DNA of 64,000 nucleotides from Hyphomicrobiales bacterium (GTDB lineage: Bacteria > Pseudomonadota > Alphaproteobacteria > Rhizobiales > Xanthobacteraceae): NCBI GenBank assembly GCA_017305515.1, contig JAFKKP010000301.1:349-64348 (forward strand). Direction: 5' to 3'. The notes beneath the pieces are model-generated. The model did not search any database, had not been told where the DNA came from, and was given only the letters and a program-made list of their open reading frames with translations. Numbering within the stretch: the first letter of the stretch is position 1; each line of letters opens with the position of its first letter. Below, one piece after another: positions 58,845 through 64,000 of the stretch. A program made the position numbers and the translations under genes.

Positions 58845-59076
58845 ACCCGCCGAACGTGACCTCCGTCATGTTTCGGGCAGCGATCTGAAAAGGATCGACG
58901 CGGCTTTCCATGTCATGATTGACGACCCTTTTGGCGGCGATACCAGAATGTTACGTGGCATGAACGGCGCTTCCCGACGGCGGGTTGGACAATGGCGCAT
59001 TCTGTTTGAACTCGATTTGCAGCGACATCTCATCGTTGTCCTAGCGGTCAAGCGCCGCGCCTCACATACATACTAA
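58819..59076 (+). CDS. relE: RelE/ParE family toxin
   Basis: ITKPAERDL, DPF, RRRVGQWRILF, VLAVKRR...Y. Confidence 0.85.
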   Translation: MTWGLVITKPAERDLRHVSGSDLKRIDAAFHVMIDDPFGGDTRMLRGMNGASRRRVGQWRILFELDLQRHLIVVLAVKRRASHTY

Positions 59077-59206
59077 TCCATGACGAAATGAGAGTATGCG
59101 CTGCTATGTTCATATTGCCGGGTTGCCCATCCATCTCTATGATCGTCCTTGCCCGCTAGCTGGTTCCTCTAACCAATGGGCGTCGACGCTCTTCATGGAG
59201 TTGTCG

Positions 59207-59401
59207 ATGAACATGGTGAGAAAGCTGGTATCGAAGAAGGAGCTGAAATCGATCTACGGTGTCCCCTACTCGCCTGCGCACATTGCGCGCCTTGAGAAGG
59301 ACAAGAAGTTTCCCATTCGGGTCAATCTTGGTCTTTGCAGGGTGGCTTGGTTCGCAGACGAGATCGAAGCCTGGATCGCCTCACGTCCTCGCGCTGCATA
59401 A
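59207..59401 (+). CDS. alpA: AlpA family regulator / recombination directionality factor
   Basis: YSPAHIARLEK..KFP.RVNLG..RVAW..DEIEAWI; GGAG RBS. Confidence 0.85.
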   Translation: MNMVRKLVSKKELKSIYGVPYSPAHIARLEKDKKFPIRVNLGLCRVAWFADEIEAWIASRPRAA

Positions 59402-59425
59402 TCGCAGTCACTTTTTGAAGGGTTC

Positions 59426-59467
59426 TTTTTGGGGCGACAGGGTTCGAAACCTGTCGCCCATTTTCTT
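59426..59467. terminator. Intrinsic terminator after alpA
   Basis: GGGCGACAGG-GTTCGAAA-CCTGTCGCCC followed by ATTTTCTT. Confidence 0.65.
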
Positions 59468-59880
59468 GCGAAATGACGGCTTCATTCCCCGATCGCACCG
59501 CCATACGGCGGGAATGCACAGCGCTATACTGTATAGCCAAGTGACAATTTACAGTTTCACCTGATTTTACAACTGATTCCGCACACCAGCCGTCGGGCAT
59601 CATGCCACGACCTTTCTTGTTTTTGCTTGATCTCCCTCTCTCATACGCGCGCCCGCTTCGCGTTCGCGCTCAAGGACGTGTCCTTGATGAAATATGGAGA
59701 GATACAAGCCAAGCCCACGGAGTGGGAAAAACAAGAAAGGTCGTGGCGCTCAGCGCCACCGACGGACTGGTGTGCGGGACTGGTACAATCAACCATGGAC
59801 AGTTCTTTCGTTTGCACCTCGCCGCGTGCCACCGAACGCACGTCCCAGCACAGACAATGTCACGGCTCGCGCGGCGCGTT

Positions 59881-61029
59881 ATGTACGAAAGACATCTCTA
59901 CATCATCGGAAAATCCGGAAGCGGGAAATCCACATTTCTGCAAAACATCATTTTGCAAAATCCCGGCGGATTTTGCCTGATCGATCCGCACGGCGATCTC
60001 GCCGAGGCGGTCGCCGACCGGACCGACTGCATCTACTTCGACCCGTCCGAATTGCCGCTCGGGTTTAATGTCTTTGAAAACGTTGCTGAGGCGTCGCGAC
60101 CGCAGGTCGCGGCACAGATTGTCGCGTCGTTTAAAGCAATCTGGGGAGACAGTTGGGGGCCGCGGATGGAATGGATCTTGGTCAATGCCCTGCGGCTATT
60201 GCTCGACAACAACCAAACTTTTCTGGGGCTACCAAAACTATTGACCGATGACCATTACAGAGCCCGTCTTTTGCGGCGGTGCACCGATCCGATTGTCAGA
60301 ACATTTTGGGAGCAAGAGTTTGACGCCTATGACGACCGGTTCCGGAAAGAGGCGATTGCCCCAATCCAGAACAAAGTCGGCCAGTTGTTGGCCAATCCGC
60401 TTTTGCGAAACATTCTCGGCCAGCACCATAGTACCTTGAGACCACAGCGGATCATGGATCGAGGACAGAGGATCGTCGTCAATCTTGCAAAGGGAAAACT
60501 TGGCGACGCGCCATCGCATTTGTTGGGAGCATTGTTGGTGTCAGCATTCGCCCAAGCTGCCGAAAAACGGGCATCAATTGCAGAGCAGGACCGTGTGCCG
60601 TTTACGCTTTATGTCGATGAATTCCAGAACTTTGCGACCGAAAGCTTCGCCAATGTCCTGTCGGAGGCCCGGAAATTTAAGTTGTCGCTGGTGATCGCCC
60701 ATCAGTTTTTGGGGCAGTTGCCGGATTATTTGCGGCAAGCCGTGTTTGGCAATGTCGGGACCATGATGGCGTTTCGGGTGGGCGCGGAAGACGCGCCGCT
60801 GATTGCATTGGAGCTTGGCTTGAAGAACGCGGAAATTCTATCTGACCTCGATAACTTCCGGGCATGGCTGCGGGTGGGCGGTCCATTTGGTCCACAAATC
60901 ATGGAGACAGAACCTGGCGGGCCGGGCTTGGGCAGGCTGTCGGCGGTTAGGTCTCGGACGCGGGCTCGCTACTGCCGCCCGAGTCATTTGATCGAACGGG
61001 AGATTGAAAGTTTTATCAATACATCTTGA
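59881..61029 (+). CDS. VirD4/TraD-like coupling-protein ATPase (no TM anchor)
   Basis: RHLYIIGKSGSGKS Walker A, IDPHGDL, WGPRME, LYVDEFQNF Walker B, SEARKF, AHQF..QL; start uncertain (ORF open from 59602). Confidence 0.85.
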   Translation: MYERHLYIIGKSGSGKSTFLQNIILQNPGGFCLIDPHGDLAEAVADRTDCIYFDPSELPLGFNVFENVAEASRPQVAAQIVASFKAIWGDSWGPRMEWILVNALRLLLDNNQTFLGLPKLLTDDHYRARLLRRCTDPIVRTFWEQEFDAYDDRFRKEAIAPIQNKVGQLLANPLLRNILGQHHSTLRPQRIMDRGQRIVVNLAKGKLGDAPSHLLGALLVSAFAQAAEKRASIAEQDRVPFTLYVDEFQNFATESFANVLSEARKFKLSLVIAHQFLGQLPDYLRQAVFGNVGTMMAFRVGAEDAPLIALELGLKNAEILSDLDNFRAWLRVGGPFGPQIMETEPGGPGLGRLSAVRSRTRARYCRPSHLIEREIESFINTS

Positions 61030-61084
61030 CGTTGTGCCGGTCCTGTTCCCAGAATGCCGGGGAAATAAAAAGATGGGGTGACAC

Positions 61085-61462
61085 ATGTATCTCGTGCTGC
61101 GCCGCGATCAGCGAAAGAGTTTAACCGGCAAGATCATTTTTCAGTTGGACGTCCAGGCCGAAATTAGTCCTGAAGAAATGGAATGCATCCAGCGCTACCG
61201 GCTGGGAGATACCCTTCTCTACACCAAGAACGAAATGACAGACGGTGGATCGGGATTGCTGGGGTTGGCATCGCGAATGGCGTTCCACGCCATGAACATC
61301 TCAGTCAATATTGGCGAACTGGTAAACGGCAAGCGGATTGAATGTAAAAACATTCTCGAAATGCTTGCTGTCGAAGATCAAATTAAAGAGGCCGCAATCA
61401 GGTTCAAGCAAGTGCTTCACGCCGCGACTTACTTTGGCGGAGAAGAAGCATTTGAAATCTAG
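61085..61462 (+). CDS. Hypothetical protein
   Basis: 125 aa between the two ATPases; its stop overlaps the next start. Confidence 0.7.
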   Translation: MYLVLRRDQRKSLTGKIIFQLDVQAEISPEEMECIQRYRLGDTLLYTKNEMTDGGSGLLGLASRMAFHAMNISVNIGELVNGKRIECKNILEMLAVEDQIKEAAIRFKQVLHAATYFGGEEAFEI

Positions 61463-63578
61463 CAACATCTTTCACTGGGCGTTCTCCAACATCCTGCAAT
61501 GGACCAATTTGCGGGCCTATTTTGTAGGCTCACTGGCAGGCCGTGACCGGAAGGAGGTTCGCGAACTTTATGCGCGAGTGCGTCGGGCTTACAACGCATC
61601 GCCCTATTGCGCGGAAGATGCCGCGTTTGAGTTTACGGCAAAACTGCTTGATGACGTATTTGAGAACGCGGGCGTGGTCGCTTCGCAAAAAATACAGATC
61701 GCTTTCGGCAATGTCGTCTGGGAATTGTTGCACGAAGAGCCTGTGATTTTTGGCCTGCCTGACGAGCCAGACTTCAATCATCTGTCACGAAGTTCAATGC
61801 ATCAATTGCGCGCATTGCTTGTGGTGAAGGAGCGGGTTCTAAATGACCCGGATTTCTACATCGATATTTGGCGTCAGAAAGTCATACACCTTTTGACGGG
61901 TTTGGCTGTTGCTTTCCCATCCTTTGTATTCGACCCCAGAATTGAGGAGGACGGACCGGGATTCAATGTGACGCTGATTGACGTTTGTACCAATCCGACC
62001 GAGGCAATTGAGCGAACCATGGCTACCATGTATGACGACGACGTTGTGCAGGCCGGATTGTTTGCAGGTGTCCGGAAATGTTTTGAGGACAATCTGGCAC
62101 GCGCCAGCGGGATCAATCCGAATGACGCGGGCCGGAGCCGGACTGTGAGGACGCCGAGCACAAGCAAAGACAAGAATCCGCGTGAGCTAGTCGCAGACTT
62201 TTTGTCCGGAACGCCATTTCCCGATCTCTTTCTGTCGAACGTCCCCTTCCCGCTCCCCGAGCAGGCCCGGTTCGCTCATCAATGGATCTTGGCACCGCAA
62301 GGAGCCGGAAAGACCCAAGCGATTCAGTTTCAGTTTCTGCGAGATCTTCCGAAAGTTGCCAACAACGAAGCCAGCATCATCGTCATGGACAGCCAGGGCG
62401 ACCTGATCCGGAACATTGCTGGGTTAAAGGTGTTCGCCGAAGGTGAGCCGCTCGAAGATAAATTGGTGCTGATCGAGCCCGACCCAGAATATCCACTGGC
62501 GCTAAACATCTTCGACATGGGCAAAGACCGTCTGGATCAATATTCGGTTCGAGACAGAGAGCGCTTGACCAACAGCACCTTGGAGATGCTGACTTATGTG
62601 ATCGGCAGCCTGTCCGACACCGAGATGACGCCAAAGCAGCAAACCCTGTTTCGCTATGTGCTGCGAGCATGCATGCAGATTCCTGACGCGACAATCCACA
62701 CCTTTGCCGAATTGCTGTCCGGGACCAACAAATATCAATCCCACATCGATCAGCTCGAAGGCCCGGCGAAACTGTTTTTCGAGACCCAGTTCAACGATGT
62801 GCAGTTCAAACAAACCAAGCAGGAAGTCGCTTGGCGGCTGATGTACCTGCTGGAGAACCCGACCTTTGAGCGGATGTTTTCAAATCCGCGATCAAAACTC
62901 GATCTATTCACAGAGTTGCAGTCGTCAAAAGTGATCCTGATTAATACCGACAAGGACCTGCTCAAGGATAAACGAACTGAAATGTTTGGGCGATTCTTTA
63001 TTGCGATGTTGCTGCAAAGTGCCCAGGAACGGGCGTCGTTGCAGCGTGAACATCGGATGCCGGTGTTTTGCTATATCGACGAGTGCCACGACTACATTGC
63101 AAACGACACCAACATTACCACTCTGCTTGATCAGGCACGGAAGATGAATATCGGGTTGATCCTCGCCAACCAAAGATGTGCCCAAGTGTCCCCCGCCGTG
63201 CTCGATGCGCTGTGTAATGTATCGATCAAACAGGCACGAGCGTTAAGTGACAGCGATGCCCACACGCTTGCCCGGAACATGCAGACAACCCCGGATTTTT
63301 TATCGTCGCAGTCTGAACAAACCTTCGCAACCAGCATTCGAGGCGTAACCACCCGCGCTTTGTCGCTTCAAGTGCCGTTCCTGCAACTTGAGAATTGCGA
63401 ACGAATGTCGATTACAGATGAGGATGACATAAGAGAGAAGATGCGACTGAAGTATTGCGTTCCCGCAGAGCTGGCGCGCATCCCGCCACCACCCGAACGG
63501 AAAACAGCGACACAAGAAGGCGGACCAGTTGCTCCGCCGAGCGAAATTGATACCAGGCCTTCGACCGATTGGGGCTGA
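61452..63578 (+). CDS. Second VirD4/TraD-like ATPase with long helical N-terminal region
   Basis: HQWILAPQGAGKT Walker A, MDSQGDL, YIDECHDY Walker B, QARKM, ANQ; TTG 61452 follows GGAG. Confidence 0.8.
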   Translation: MKSSNIFHWAFSNILQWTNLRAYFVGSLAGRDRKEVRELYARVRRAYNASPYCAEDAAFEFTAKLLDDVFENAGVVASQKIQIAFGNVVWELLHEEPVIFGLPDEPDFNHLSRSSMHQLRALLVVKERVLNDPDFYIDIWRQKVIHLLTGLAVAFPSFVFDPRIEEDGPGFNVTLIDVCTNPTEAIERTMATMYDDDVVQAGLFAGVRKCFEDNLARASGINPNDAGRSRTVRTPSTSKDKNPRELVADFLSGTPFPDLFLSNVPFPLPEQARFAHQWILAPQGAGKTQAIQFQFLRDLPKVANNEASIIVMDSQGDLIRNIAGLKVFAEGEPLEDKLVLIEPDPEYPLALNIFDMGKDRLDQYSVRDRERLTNSTLEMLTYVIGSLSDTEMTPKQQTLFRYVLRACMQIPDATIHTFAELLSGTNKYQSHIDQLEGPAKLFFETQFNDVQFKQTKQEVAWRLMYLLENPTFERMFSNPRSKLDLFTELQSSKVILINTDKDLLKDKRTEMFGRFFIAMLLQSAQERASLQREHRMPVFCYIDECHDYIANDTNITTLLDQARKMNIGLILANQRCAQVSPAVLDALCNVSIKQARALSDSDAHTLARNMQTTPDFLSSQSEQTFATSIRGVTTRALSLQVPFLQLENCERMSITDEDDIREKMRLKYCVPAELARIPPPPERKTATQEGGPVAPPSEIDTRPSTDWG

Positions 63579-63690
63579 ATTCGCATGATATAATTCTGAA
63601 CTGATGATTGTCGAACATCAGGTTGGTCGTTGCAAATACGCGAACATAGCGAACGTTTTCAAATTCTGACAATCGCGTATTCAACAATGT

Positions 63691-64000
63691 ATGACGTCTC
63701 AAGAATCAACTTCGCCATCGACGCGGCGCTCCCGGCTCCATCGCAAGGCGACCGGAAAGCCATTAGCGTTGAGCCCACGTGACATTGAAGTTTTCAAACT
63801 CCTAAATCGCTATCGCTATCTTCGCTCAACTTTCATTCACGCGTTTGTTGGCGGCTACAAAGTTGCTCTCATCAAACGGCTCGGCACTCTGTATCACGAC
63901 GGTTATTTAAACCGGCCAAAACAGCAGTGGCAGGTGATCAATGCCCGCTATATGCCAGCCGTCTATGAGCTCGGACGAAAGGGCGAGCAGGCGCTTCACA
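63691..64000 (+). CDS. Replication-relaxation (Replic_Relax, MOB_C-like) protein, 5' part
   Basis: Hand translation: LSPRDIEVFKLLNRYRYLRSTFIHAF..KRLGTLYHDGYLNRP..VYELGRKG, a winged-helix N-terminus typical of the family; runs off the window. Confidence 0.7.
   Translation, partial: MTSQESTSPSTRRSRLHRKATGKPLALSPRDIEVFKLLNRYRYLRSTFIHAFVGGYKVALIKRLGTLYHDGYLNRPKQQWQVINARYMPAVYELGRKGEQALH

Larger units (their letters stand above)
51461..64000. mobile_element. tRNA-integrated, plasmid-like integrative/mobilizable element (continues past the window)
   Basis: att duplication, lower GC, Rep and iterons, TA pair, AlpA, two coupling-protein-like ATPases, relaxase-like gene, CBASS cargo; no integrase in the window. 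Confidence 0.85.

Noticed and set aside
59431-59460. GGTTCGAAACC as a tRNA T-arm or second att site
   Set aside because: No cloverleaf or CCA; it is the loop of a terminator-like hairpin after alpA.
63642-63654. GAAC-ATAGC-GAAC as a LexA box before the relaxase
   Set aside because: The spacer is 5 bp, not 7.

Overview
GC-rich alphaproteobacterial chromosome, most like Nitrobacteraceae (Afipia/Bradyrhizobium group; inferred from gene content and order). Bases 1-51420 look like core genome: NodT/TolC (partial), an FAD oxidoreductase-DUF1365-Cfa methyltransferase trio (furan fatty acid-type), cysK, aapJQMP, metC, a lipid A modification cluster, pbpC with alpha-2-macroglobulin, tRNA-Arg(UCU), glnII/gstI, glutaminase, a TRAP transporter, leucine catabolism, opgC, tRNA-Pro(UGG), a secreted caspase-like protease, a two-domain cold-shock protein, a sirtuin and gloA. 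At 51461 a minus-strand copy of a tRNA 3' end (probably tRNA-Glu) marks the start of a visibly lower-GC integrated element that runs past the window end. It carries small ORFs behind a LexA box, a three-gene CBASS (CD-NTase, stand-alone E2, patatin phospholipase), an HTH/coiled-coil gene whose coding sequence contains 10-bp-periodic palindromic repeats, a Rep protein followed by four iterons and an AT-rich tract, a RelE-type toxin-antitoxin pair, AlpA, two VirD4/TraD-like ATPases and a Replic_Relax-like relaxase. The best candidate for something undescribed is the HTH/coiled-coil gene with a centromere-like array inside it, next to the replicon. All calls come from reading motifs by eye; no searches were run.
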